From: Polyangiaceae bacterium
GTDB taxonomy: Bacteria > Myxococcota_A > Polyangia > Polyangiales > Polyangiaceae
Assembly (NCBI GenBank): GCA_046351475.1
Contig: JAXLYL010000026.1
Span: 1 to 64,000 of the forward strand
Length of the DNA stretch: 64,000 bases
Direction: 5' to 3'
Below are positions 28,861-38,485 of this stretch, one piece after another. Below the pieces are notes generated by a model that saw only the letters and a list, made by a program, of their open reading frames with translations, searched no databases and had not been told where the DNA came from. Position numbers and translations under genes: made by a program. Position 1 is the first letter of the stretch, and the number at the start of each line of letters is the position of its first letter.

Positions 28861-30009
28861 ATGAGACCACGGGCGGAGAACGTGCCGACCTACCTCGATC
28901 AGCTCGTACGCGAGAAGCGCGTCATCGTGTGCTGCGGCGCCGGCGGCGTCGGCAAGACGACGACCTCCGCGGCCATCGGTCTCGCGGGTGCGGCGGCCGG
29001 GAGGCGCGTCCTCGTGCTGACCATCGATCCGGCGAGGCGCCTGGCGGAGGCGATGGGCATCCCGGAGAGCGGCAAGTCCCCTGCCCTCGTCCCGCGCGAA
29101 CGCCTCGACGCCGCCGGGCTCGCCGATCACGGCGAACTGCACGCGTGGATGCTCCAGCCGGCCGTCGTCTTCGAGGACATCGTCAACCGGATGTCGGAGT
29201 CGCGTGCCCACGCCGAGAAGATCCTGGCGAACCGCCTCTACCGCGCGCTCTCGAGCCTCATCGCGGGCATGCAGGAATACACGGCCGCCGAGGCGCTCTA
29301 CACGCTCTCGTCGAGCGGCAAATACGACCTCGTCGTCCTCGACACGCCCCCTTCGCGGAACGCGCTCGAGTTCCTCGAAGGTCCCGGCAAACTTTCGCAG
29401 TTCCTCGACGAGAAGGTGATCGGCCTCTTCCTCCCGAAGAAGTCGAGCGGTCTGTTCTGGAAGCGGGCCACCGAATTGGTCGGCACGGTGTTCGGGCGCG
29501 TGTTCGGCGAAGGTTTCTTCGGCGACATCCAGGAGTTCCTGGGTCTGTTCTCCGGCATGTTCGCTTCCATGCGCGAACACGCGACCGCCGTGCGCGAACT
29601 CCTCCAGTCGGACGACGCGTCGTTCGTCCTCGTCACGAGCCCCGAGCCGACCGCACTCGCCGAAGTGGCGTTCTTCCGTCAACGCATCCTCGACATGGGT
29701 CTCCCCTTCGCGGGGTACGTCCTGAACCGGAGCTGGGCGTACACGAGGGGATTCGAGTCCCCCGAGTCGTTCGACGTCCCCGCGGACGCGCCCGATCTCG
29801 TGCGGAGCGCCCACGAGAAGCTCGTGGCGTTCGCGAACGAGGAAAGGGAGCGGGCGGCTCACGATCGGGATCTGCTCGCGAAGTTGCGCGAGGCCTCCGA
29901 AACGGTCTCGGCCGTCGCGAGCCCTCACCTCGGCGAGGGCATCGAGGACCTCGCCGGACTCGTGAACCTCGCGCGATCGCTCACCGCGACCGGTTCGGCG
30001 CGCGGCTGA
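28861..30009 (+). CDS. ArsA/Get3-family P-loop ATPase (paralogue 2)
   Basis: It contains ...RVIVCCGAGGVGKTTTSAAIG... and ...DLVVLDTPPSRNALEFL..., and is 382 aa. It pairs with paralogue 1, 18 nt downstream. Confidence 0.8.
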   Translation: MRPRAENVPTYLDQLVREKRVIVCCGAGGVGKTTTSAAIGLAGAAAGRRVLVLTIDPARRLAEAMGIPESGKSPALVPRERLDAAGLADHGELHAWMLQPAVVFEDIVNRMSESRAHAEKILANRLYRALSSLIAGMQEYTAAEALYTLSSSGKYDLVVLDTPPSRNALEFLEGPGKLSQFLDEKVIGLFLPKKSSGLFWKRATELVGTVFGRVFGEGFFGDIQEFLGLFSGMFASMREHATAVRELLQSDDASFVLVTSPEPTALAEVAFFRQRILDMGLPFAGYVLNRSWAYTRGFESPESFDVPADAPDLVRSAHEKLVAFANEERERAAHDRDLLAKLREASETVSAVASPHLGEGIEDLAGLVNLARSLTATGSARG

Positions 30010-31306
30010 CGACCGGAGTCTTCGCCACGGCGCCGTCGTCGTGGGAATCGACACGGAAGGGCGACACGTCCACGCGGACGCGTGTCCCGCCGTGCGTGGG
30101 CCCCGTCGCGTCGCCTTTCGCCTCCGAGGTCGCTTCGTCGACGAAGGTCGCGTCCCGGACGCCGAGCGCCTCGGCGCGCGCCTTTCGGTAGGCCTGGAGG
30201 AGACGGTGTTCGTCGGCGCCGCGCATCAACTTCGACACGGCGAAGACGACGAACAAGGACACGAACATGATGGCCATGGACTGGGCGCCCCGGACGAACG
30301 GCCAGCCGAGGGACCACACGATCCACAGGATCGGAGGAATGGGATTGAATCGCATGCCGACGGCGCGACGGAAGCGCTTCAGCTCGCGACGCGTGGGAAG
30401 CTCCGCGAACACGAACGTGTCCGGAGACGCACGCCGTTCGCTCCGAACGTCCCGCCCGCGCCGTCGATCGCGCTTCCCCGGGGACGCGCGCGACGTTCCT
30501 CGCGACGTCGCGACGGCTTCCCGCAGATCCCGGGGCCGGTCGTCGGGGTTCGGGGAGAGCATGGCTGCGAGGAGGCGTCGCAGGGACTGCGGGACGCGGG
30601 GCCCGAGCGCCCGTTCGACGTCGAGTGCGAGGCCGGAGTGAGGCAGATTCTCGGGCTCTTCGCGGGTGAGGAGCGCGAGGACCGTGGCTCCCGCTCCGTA
30701 GAGATCGGTGGCCGGCATGGCGCGGCCTTGGAACTGTTCGGGCGCCATGTACCCGAAGGTTCCGACGACCGTGCTCCCACCTTCGGGCCGGAGGCGATCG
30801 CGCACCGAACCGAAGTCGACCAGCGCGAACGAGCCGTCGGGGCGACGGACGACGTTCGCGGGTTTCACGTCGCGGTGGACGACCGGTGGCGATCGACCGT
30901 GGAGCGTCGCGAAGACGTCGGCGAAGGTCGCCAGGAGGGCCCAGGCGTCGTCCGGCGTGAAAGGCGCACCGCGGGCCTTCCAGGCGCGGAGGTCCTCGCC
31001 GTCGATCTTTTCCATGACCAACCAGAGCGCGCCGTCCTCCTCGAAGTGCTCGCGGTAGGCCGGCAACGAGGGATGGGCGAGGCTCGCGAGCACCCGGGTC
31101 TCCCGTTCGGCGAGTTCGACGTCCTTCCACCGACTCGCCGTGCGGAGGACGAAGCACTTCATGGCGACGAGACTGCCGTCCCTGTGATCGGCGGCCTCGT
31201 AGGTCGTGCCCTGGCTTCCCTCGCCGAGGACGCGGAGGAGCGAATAGCGCCCGTCGCGCACGCGCCGCGGAAGTTCCCGTTCGGTCGGGAGGGGGGTGCC
31301 CGGCAC
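29981..31306 (-). CDS. Ser/Thr protein kinase with a C-terminal double-TM region
   Basis: The GTG at 31306 is preceded by AAGGAGG. The kinase domain reads ...YSLLRVLGEGSQGTTYEA...LVAMKCF...HRDVKPANVV...DFGS...GTFGYMAPEQ... The C-terminus has two hydrophobic helices (IPPILWIVWSLGWPFV and MAIMFVSLFVVFAVS). Its 3' end overlaps ArsA2 convergently. Confidence 0.8.
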   Translation of the reverse strand: MPGTPLPTERELPRRVRDGRYSLLRVLGEGSQGTTYEAADHRDGSLVAMKCFVLRTASRWKDVELAERETRVLASLAHPSLPAYREHFEEDGALWLVMEKIDGEDLRAWKARGAPFTPDDAWALLATFADVFATLHGRSPPVVHRDVKPANVVRRPDGSFALVDFGSVRDRLRPEGGSTVVGTFGYMAPEQFQGRAMPATDLYGAGATVLALLTREEPENLPHSGLALDVERALGPRVPQSLRRLLAAMLSPNPDDRPRDLREAVATSRGTSRASPGKRDRRRGRDVRSERRASPDTFVFAELPTRRELKRFRRAVGMRFNPIPPILWIVWSLGWPFVRGAQSMAIMFVSLFVVFAVSKLMRGADEHRLLQAYRKARAEALGVRDATFVDEATSEAKGDATGPTHGGTRVRVDVSPFRVDSHDDGAVAKTPVVSRAPNRSR

Positions 31307-31320
31307 GCGCGCGCCCTCCT

Positions 31321-32187
31321 TCAGCCGTCGACCAACATGGACACGGGGACGGGCTTCCGGAGGATGCGCTCGAGGGTGCGAACCGGCGTGCCGCACGGCG
31401 GCTTCACGTACTTCGCGTTCTGGTGATCGTCGGACGACGCCGTCCAGAATTTTTTCTTCGCCTCGGCGCGCTGGCGGAACGCTTCGGCGACTTCGGGCTT
31501 GTGGCGGGACGTGTAGACCTCGAAGCCGCTCGCGAAGTCGAGGACCCGGTCGGTCGCCTCCTTGTCCCGGTAGCGGGTCGGATGGGCGACGATGTCCACG
31601 GCGCCGTCGGCGCGGATGGCCTCGATGGACTCCTCGGGCGTCCAGCCGAAGAGCTCGCGGTCGTCGTTCCAGAACTTCCAGTGGTGGTCCCGGAAGGACT
31701 CGAAGAGCGGACGATCCCGTTCGACGACGCGATCGATCATGGACTGCAGGGCGGGAAACATCGGAGGAGGCAACCGCTCGAGGTCGGCCCGCCCGAGGCG
31801 TTCGTTGGCGTCCGCGGGAAGCGAGTCCATCCACGCGAGGACGAACGCTTTCCACTTCTCCTGGACGCGGAGACCACGACGCCAGAACGCGGTCTTCTCG
31901 AGACCGCTCCCTTCGAGGACGTCGGCCGGCCAATAGGCGAGCACGTGGAATTGCTCGGCTTCCTTCGTCCCGAAGTGGAGGAACGACGTCACCTCGAGGG
32001 CGGGGAGATAGACGATGCCGGACTGGGCCGCCGCGATCGACGCGCGGCGGACGGCGGCGAGCACGTCGTGATCGGCGACGGCGATCGCCTTGAAACCGTG
32101 TTGCCTCCGGAACTCGACGTAGTCCTCCGGCGTCGCGCGTCCGTCCGAGAAGTACGTGTGGCCGTGGAGATCCGTCGGGACGAACAT
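31321..32187 (-). CDS. PHP-domain metal-dependent phosphoesterase
   Basis: From the ATG at 32187 the product is MFVPTDLHGHTYFSDGRATPEDYVEFRRQHGFKAIAVADHD..., carrying PHP motifs I and II. It ends 15 nt upstream of the kinase start and is co-directional with it. Confidence 0.75.
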   Translation of the reverse strand: MFVPTDLHGHTYFSDGRATPEDYVEFRRQHGFKAIAVADHDVLAAVRRASIAAAQSGIVYLPALEVTSFLHFGTKEAEQFHVLAYWPADVLEGSGLEKTAFWRRGLRVQEKWKAFVLAWMDSLPADANERLGRADLERLPPPMFPALQSMIDRVVERDRPLFESFRDHHWKFWNDDRELFGWTPEESIEAIRADGAVDIVAHPTRYRDKEATDRVLDFASGFEVYTSRHKPEVAEAFRQRAEAKKKFWTASSDDHQNAKYVKPPCGTPVRTLERILRKPVPVSMLVDG

Positions 32188-32252
32188 GGGGCAAGTGTAG
32201 CGCACGGAGGACGGGACGGCCGGCGATTCGCCGAGTTTCCCGGGCGGGAAGC

Positions 32253-35200
32253 GTGGCGTATCCTGGAGCGATGGACCGCCGTGACGGAACGGGAAACGCG
32301 CGGTTCGCGTGGCCGACCCCCGCGCGTTCGGTGGCCCTCGCGGGAGAGATCGGGGACTGGCAGAACCACGCACCGTTCCGCCGTCAGGACGACGGGACGT
32401 TCGCGCTCGACGTGCGCGTGACCCCGGGCGTCCACGCGTACAAGTTCGTGGTCGACGGCGAATGGGTCCTCGACGGCTCGAATCCTCGGACGCGCAACCG
32501 CGCCGGCGACGTCGAGAACGTCCTCGTGGTGGAGGGAACGGAGGAACCGCTCCTCCACGCCGCGGCGCCTCCGTTCCTCGTGGAGGACGATCGGGGTGGC
32601 GTCCTTCTTCGCGTGGCGTTGCGTCGCGAGGCGGTTCCTTGTCCTTCGTCCTTCGTCGTCGTGTGGCGCGAAGGGGCCGACCTCGGAGAGACGCGCACTC
32701 CCCTCCTCCGCGTCGACGTCGAAGGCGAACACGATCTCTACGAAGTGCATCTGCCCACGTCGGCGGCGCGCCTCCTGTACCACTTCGAGCTCGACGGCCG
32801 CTCCTTCGGACGTGCGACCGACGCGGAGGGCGCCCCGACGGTCGCGCCATCGAAGGAGACGGTCCCGTTCACCTTCGACCCGAAGGGCGTACGGGAACGC
32901 GCGCCGGACTTCTGGGGAGACGCGGTCGTCTACACGGTGTTCGTGGACAGGTTCCGGCCGGAGACGGACCTGGAGAGTTGGGGACGCGAAGCGTGGAGCG
33001 CCGACGAGTCCAAGCGGACCTTCGCGGAGGGCACCTCGAGGGACTCCGGAGATCCCTCGACGTGCTGGCCGATCTCGGCGTGAACGTGCTCCACCTGACG
33101 CCCGTCCACGAAGGTGCGAGCAACCACAGGTACGACTTCGTGGATCCGACGAAGGTGGACCCGGCGCTGGGAGGCGACGCCGCGTTCGCGCGTCTCGTCG
33201 AAGATGCGCACTCGCGGGACATGCGAATCTTGCTCGACTTCTCGTTCGTCCACGCCGGCGCCGGGTTTCCCCGTGCCGAGGACGTGATGCTCCACGGGCG
33301 TTCCTCCGAGTGGGCGGCGTGGTTCCTCTGGGACGACGAAGGAGCGCTGCGGCACTACGGCAAGCGGAAGGACGCGCCCCTCGTCGACCTGACCCATCCG
33401 GAGGTCGCCGACTGGGTCGTGTCCCTCGCCGAAGCGTGGGCGCGCCGTGGCGTCGACGGCTTCCGACTCGACATGGCCGCCGAAGTGCCGCTCGAGCTCG
33501 CGGAACGCGTGAGGACGACCTTGCGCCGCTGGCGGCCCGAGTCCGTGGTCCTCGGCGAGGTCGTTCCGGCGCACGCTCACCGGTGGACGACGGCCGGTGC
33601 CGTGGACGCCGCGACCGACTTCGGCTTCCACGGCGCGGTCACCGCGTGGCTCGCCGAGGGACGTACCGACGCCGCGGCCTTCGTCCGCACGTGGCGGAGC
33701 TCCGCGCGCCTCCGGGGAACTCCGGAGTCGGCGGCCGTACGGTTCTTGTCGACGCACGACCATGTCCGGTTCGAGAGCCTCGCGATGCGGAACGGTCGTA
33801 CGGATCGCGTACCCGTGGGACTCGTGCTCCTCGCGACGGTACCGGGAGTGCCCATGCTCCTCTACGGCGAGGAGACGGGCATGGGCCACGACGCACGCGA
33901 ACTCGCCCCCGAGAACGTCTGGGCGGACCGCGCACCCCGACCGTGGTCGGACGCGGTCCATGCGCGCCACGCGCTCCTCCGCTCCCTCTTCCGGCTGCGG
34001 AAAGAGCATCGCGCGCTCCGAGGCGGGTCGTTCGAGTTCGTGCACGACGGGGAGGACGTACTGGTCTACCGGAGGCGTGCGGGGCGCGACGTCGTCGACG
34101 TCGTGCTGCACGCGGGTGCGGGCACGCGCACGCTGTCTCTCGAGGACGAGACCTTCCCCAACGCACGGGTCGCCGTCGTGTCCGGGGACGCGACCTTCGA
34201 AGGCGGAAGCGCGACGCTCCGGGGTCCCGGGGCGCTGGTGCTCGTCCGCGACGACACGCGCGAGCGGGGGACGACACGTGTCCACCTCGTGCGCGCGAAC
34301 GAGGTGAGGAAAGATCGGGCCTTCGTCCACGGAGACGTGCGGCCCGCCGCCCTTCCCGTGCGTCTCGACTTCGCGGTGACGGAACGGTGCAATCTCCGGT
34401 GCGTCCACTGCATCACGAACGCCCCCGAACGGACCGCGAACGGAAGCGCACGCACGCTCTCGCGCGCGGTCCTCGACGCGCTCGCGCCCGATCTGGCGTT
34501 CGCGCGGTACTTCGGCTTCGTGCACGGCGGCGAATCGTTGACGGCCCCCGTGTTCTTCGACGTCCTCCGGACGATCCGGGAGGCGCGCGGCGCCGAGCCC
34601 ACCGTGGTGCACCTCCTGTCGAACGGCGTCCTCCTCCACGAGCGGAACCTGCATCGTCTCTTCGACGCCGGAGTGAATTCCCTCTCGGTGTCCCTCGACG
34701 GCGCGACCGCGGCCACGAACGACGTCCTCCGGGTGGGCGGCAAGCTCGAGGCGATCCTCGCGAACGTGGCAGCGGCCGTGCGCATCCGCGCCGAACGGAA
34801 CATCGACGTGCGTCTCGGCATCTCCACGGTCGTGATGCCCGCGAACGTGGACGAACTCCGGGAGCTCGTGGACCGTGCCGTGGACGTGGGTGTCGACTGG
34901 GTGAAGCTCGAGGAGCTCGTCCCGGTCAACGCGTTCTCGCGGAAGGCCCTTCCCGACTACGACGCGGCGAACGTGCGTTCGGCCATCCTACGGGCGGCGG
35001 AACACGGGCGAGCTCGCGGAATCCGCATGGTCGAACACGTCGGGGCACCGGACGTGTGGCGATGCCGTCTCGACGCGCGAACGGAAGCCTTCCTCGCCGA
35101 CGACGAATTCGCGAACCGGAGCTCCATCCACCCGTGCCGTGCCCGGTGGGACATCGCGTGCATCGAGCCGGACGGGGACGTGCGCATCGGGGACTTCTTC

Positions 35201-35341
35201 GGACGGGTCCTCGGCAACGTCCTGCACGCCCCCCTCGACGAACTTTGGCGTTCGTCCGTGGCGGCGGACGAGCGGAGGGCGAGTCAGGTCGGACGGCTGT
35301 GCGGCCCGACCGGTCCCGTCACGTGCGTTGACGGCGGATGA
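32253..35341 (+). CDS. Apparent three-domain protein: CBM48 (glycogen-binding) + GH13 alpha-amylase-family catalytic domain + radical-SAM/SPASM-like domain. The frame is interrupted by a 1-bp frameshift near 33045.
   Basis: The CBM48/E-set domain is FAWPTPARSVALAGEIGDWQNHAPF...HAYKFVVDGEWVLD. The GH13 region reads VFVDRFRPETD..., [frameshift], ...GGHLEGLRRSLDVLADLGVNVLHLTPV, with ...DMRILLDFSFVHAG..., ...GVDGFRLDMAAEVP... and ...VVLGEVV... Continuing in the same frame with no stop: ...VRLDFAVTERCNLRCVHCITN (CxxxCxxC radical-SAM cluster motif) and a C-terminal Cys-rich SPASM/twitch-like region (VWRCRLD...HPCRARWDIACIEPDGDVRIGDFFGRVLGNVLHAPLDELW...CGPTGPVTC). Confidence 0.6.
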
Positions 35342-35903
35342 CGAGACCGCCGCCGGGCGACGTACGCAGGACACGTTCGCCCGGACGGGTGGGTGGAGCG
35401 GGAGGCACCAGGGATGCCTTCACGGAGGAACCGCGGAGGCTCAGGGGACCCGCGTCGTCGTCGAGGGCATCGTCGTCCTCGGACGCCCGTGACGTCGCGC
35501 TCCGTCGCGGATTTCCCCTGGCGACCGACGTGTTCCGCCCGACGGAAGCCGGGGTGCCGTCGATGGCGGCGAGCGCGGCGAGCAACAACGCGGGATCATC
35601 GACCACGGTTCCCGGCATCGTGACCGTGATTTCGGAGGGATGATGGCGCGACGCGGGCGCGCGACTTCCGGGACCACGGCTCGACGGAACCGGCGGCGGG
35701 AAGGACGACGGCCCCTTCGAGAGCGGAACCCCGGAACGGGGTGGCCCGCGGCGCGATCGGGGCGAATCGGATTCGGGAGCGCCGTCGAGGGCGTCCATGC
35801 CGCTTTCGCGGAACGCACGGCCGACGGCCAAGAGGATGTCGTCCACCAACCGATCGACCATGCGGTCGATCGAACGTCGGAGGGCCACGGACTCGCTCAT
35901 CGC
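35319..35903 (-). CDS. Hypothetical protein (low-complexity, weakly supported)
   Basis: The N-terminus MSESVALRRSIDRMVDRLVDDILLAVGRAFRESGMDAL is helical, followed by a P/S/G-rich region. No other frame in 35.34-36.40 kb looks coding. Confidence 0.2.
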   Translation of the reverse strand, partial: AMSESVALRRSIDRMVDRLVDDILLAVGRAFRESGMDALDGAPESDSPRSRRGPPRSGVPLSKGPSSFPPPVPSSRGPGSRAPASRHHPSEITVTMPGTVVDDPALLLAALAAIDGTPASVGRNTSVARGNPRRSATSRASEDDDALDDDAGPLSLRGSSVKASLVPPAPPTRPGERVLRTSPGGGLVIRRQRT

Positions 35904-36404
35904 GGATTCACTCCTCGAAGGAGGCACGGGATGGAAGGAGAGGGAGACACGAGACGGAACGAGGCACGAGACTAACGAACCCGACGGCCCGTGCGCGAGG
36001 GACATCGATGGCGGAGTGGGCGCCTTCGGTGGATCCCCGAAGGTCCAGGGTGGATCGTGGGTCGTCCGAACGGCCGGAAGCGCCCATCGAATTTCCCGAG
36101 GGATCGGAGAGGTCTGTGGGGAAATGCGCGAGCACGGATCCTGCTAACGCGTCGGCGGCGCCGGCGATCGGCCCCGATTTTCGTCGCTTCTCCCCCTCCC
36201 GGTTTTCAACTTCCACTCCGAACTCCCTCCACACGAACCGTTCCGGTTCGCGGAGCTTTGCCGATGCGTCTTGCTTCGCATGGGTGTGGCCGTCGTGTGC
36301 GCGCCGCTTCCCGATTCCCGTCCCACGAGGGACCGTCCTCACCGCGTTCGTCGACGTCCGCGCCGCCATTCCGCGTGCGAACCTCGGCCCCCCTCGCGCG
36401 GTTC

Positions 36405-36566
36405 GTGTGCGATACACGGGGCGCGAACCTCGTGGAGTACATCCTCCTCGTGGGCGTCGTGGCGCTCATCGCCATCGCGGGCTTCAAGGCCTTCGGCACG
36501 AAGGTGCGCGGCAAGGTGGACGAGCAAGCCGGTTCCGTGGGCGGAATCAACGGAGCGGCACAATGA
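36405..36566 (+). CDS. flp: Flp/Fap-family type IVb (Tad) pilin
   Basis: The 53-aa product (GTG start) is (M)CDTRGANLVEYILLVGVVALIAIAGFKAFGTKVRGKVDEQAGSVGGINGAAQ. The G/EY cleavage motif and hydrophobic helix are typical of Flp pilins. Confidence 0.65.
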   Translation: MCDTRGANLVEYILLVGVVALIAIAGFKAFGTKVRGKVDEQAGSVGGINGAAQ

Positions 36567-38485
36567 GCGCCCTCCGTTCCCGCCTGCGGGGTCCCATGGG
36601 TCGCGCCGCCCTCCTCGCGTCGGTCGCCGCCGCCGCGGTTCCCGCGTGTTCCAGTTCCTCGACGTCCCCGGTCGGCGCGCCGTCGCCTCCGGACCGCGAA
36701 GCCGTTCCCGTGACGTTCCAGGAGGGTGTGCTGCGTGTCGACGGCGTCTCTGCGGACGACGTACGGGTCGAACCGCAACGCCTCCTGTTTCCCGTGGCGA
36801 CCCACGCCGACGTCGGTCGGAAGCGACCGGGGGACGTGCTCGTGGGGGACCGCGCTTCGGCGAACGCGTTCCTCGCGGCGTCCACCGCGGGAACGACGGT
36901 CGGCAATCCCCACGGCTTCCTCCGACGCGTGGTCTCCGTGGTCCGTGAAGGGGACACCTTCGTCGTCGCCACCGAGAACGCCTCCCTCGTGGACGTGGTC
37001 CGCGAAGGTGAACTCGCAGGGGTCCTGCGCGTCGAAGACACCCCCACCGTTCGCGTCCAAGGCCTCTCCGGATCGAAGGACGTGGGCACTTCGGGTTCCC
37101 GTTCGCTGCCGTTCGACTTCTCGGGCACGCCGCTCTTCGACGTCACGGAACGGGTGGACCTGGGAACCGCGACCGCCGGCGCCACCGGGAAATTCCTCGG
37201 AGTCCACGCCGAAGGAAAGGTGGTCCGCGGCACGGTCCTCCTCGAACCCTCCTGGGACGTGGGCGCACGCGTCACCTACGATCTCCTCGCCCTGAAGGCG
37301 AAGGTCGACCGAGCCCACGTCGTCGCCACGGGGCACCTCGCGAGCGAGGTCACCGTGGAACTCGTTCTCGTCCTCGAGGGCGACGCCTCCGGAGACGACC
37401 TCGCGCGCGCCCTGGCCAAGGCCCTCGGCGCGACGGGAGGGGATCCGTCCGTCACGTCGCCGCAGAAACGGTTGGTCGAGCGGGAGGTTTCCCTCGGCAG
37501 CCTGTCGTTGGGTCCGTTGAAGGTGCCGGCCAGTGCGAAGGTCACGGCCGATCTCGCGTGTGATCTGGAGTTCGGCGGTCCCCTCCGCACCACGTTCGGC
37601 GCCACGGCTTCCGCGGACGTCACCGCCGGATTTCGTTACGAAGGCGGAGTGATCTCGCCGGTCTTTTCGAAGGCCGGGTCCTTCGAGCCGACACCCGTGA
37701 CGGTCGAAACCGGCGCCGCCCTACGAGCGCGTTGCACCGTCACGCCGCGGTTCGAACTCGACTTGTTCGGCGTCGCGGCGGCGGAAGTTTGGGCCACGCC
37801 ATGGGCCGCCCTCGGAGTCGCCTCCTCGTGCGGCGCAGCAGGGTCCGGCGCGCCGACCGCCACCGCGAGGGCTTCCGCGCGCGCGGGTCTCGGAGCGTCC
37901 GTCCACGGGAAGGTGGACGTGTTCGGCCTCGCCTCGTGGGAGAAGGCGTGTTCGTTGTTCGAGGTGGCGAGTCCGGCCCTCGACGCGAACGTGGCGACTC
38001 CTCCGGGCGTCGTGACGACGTGCCGGGCGTTGCCGAACGCGACCGAACCTTCCCTCGCGGAGGCGCCGTTGGCTTCGTGCTTCGGGGAAGCGTCTTCCGG
38101 TGTATCGGGCACGGGCTCAGGAACGGGCACGGGCTCGGGCTCGGGAACGGGCACGGGCTCGGGCGCGAGTTGCCGGGCTTCCGGCGAAGCCCTGCCCTCG
38201 GCATGGACGTGCGCCGACGCGCGGTACGGCGACTGCCACTGCGATTGCGGATGCGGCGCGGCGGACAAGGACTGCAAGGCCGGAGAATGCTCCGCCTGCG
38301 AGCACGACGTGTGCACCGCCGGTTCGGCCCTCGGCCGTTCGTGCACGGGGGACGGTCAAGGAGGCGCGTGCATCCGCGCCATCTGCGATGCCGATCCCTA
38401 CTGCTGCGAGAGCGGGTGGGGCGTGAGCTGCGTGGACAAGGTGAAAGCCGGTCTCTACGGGTGCACACCGCGCGATTGCCGGTGA
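36563..38485 (+). CDS. Large lipoprotein with a (GTGSG)n linker and a C-terminal Cys-rich domain
   Basis: The ATG overlaps the flp TGA in an ATGA motif. The lipobox is LLASVAAAAVPAC. The product is 640 aa, with GTGSGTGTGSGSGTGTGSG repeats. The C-terminus reads CHCDCGCGAADKDCKAGECSACEHDVCTAGSALGRSCTGDGQGGACIRAICDADPYCCESGWGVSCVDKV. Confidence 0.6.
   Translation: MSALRSRLRGPMGRAALLASVAAAAVPACSSSSTSPVGAPSPPDREAVPVTFQEGVLRVDGVSADDVRVEPQRLLFPVATHADVGRKRPGDVLVGDRASANAFLAASTAGTTVGNPHGFLRRVVSVVREGDTFVVATENASLVDVVREGELAGVLRVEDTPTVRVQGLSGSKDVGTSGSRSLPFDFSGTPLFDVTERVDLGTATAGATGKFLGVHAEGKVVRGTVLLEPSWDVGARVTYDLLALKAKVDRAHVVATGHLASEVTVELVLVLEGDASGDDLARALAKALGATGGDPSVTSPQKRLVEREVSLGSLSLGPLKVPASAKVTADLACDLEFGGPLRTTFGATASADVTAGFRYEGGVISPVFSKAGSFEPTPVTVETGAALRARCTVTPRFELDLFGVAAAEVWATPWAALGVASSCGAAGSGAPTATARASARAGLGASVHGKVDVFGLASWEKACSLFEVASPALDANVATPPGVVTTCRALPNATEPSLAEAPLASCFGEASSGVSGTGSGTGTGSGSGTGTGSGASCRASGEALPSAWTCADARYGDCHCDCGCGAADKDCKAGECSACEHDVCTAGSALGRSCTGDGQGGACIRAICDADPYCCESGWGVSCVDKVKAGLYGCTPRDCR
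38107..38166 (+). repeat. In-frame 15-nt tandem repeat (gggcacgggctcrgg)n encoding a (GTGSG)n linker
   Basis: The sequence gggcacgggctcaggaacgggcacgggctcgggctcgggaacgggcacgggctcgggc lies inside the 36563..38485 CDS. Confidence 0.8.

Noticed and set aside
27718-30054. 778-aa minus-strand ORF and plus ORFs 27855..28853 and 28929..30191
   Set aside because: They are antisense to, or out of frame with, the two ArsA-like ATPase genes, which carry canonical Walker A motifs.
32930-34654. 574-aa minus-strand ORF, and the R/P-rich plus ORFs 32596..35331 and 33597..34307
   Set aside because: They are alternative frames of the GH13/rSAM gene region. Only the frame with GH13 and CxxxCxxC motifs has protein-like composition.
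35341-36400. One-kb region with only weak ORFs between the rSAM-fusion gene and flp
   Set aside because: No frame has protein-like composition, apart from a marginal minus-strand ORF listed at low confidence. It is probably regulatory or non-coding. I could not identify a specific promoter (sigma-54 or sigma-70) motif with confidence.
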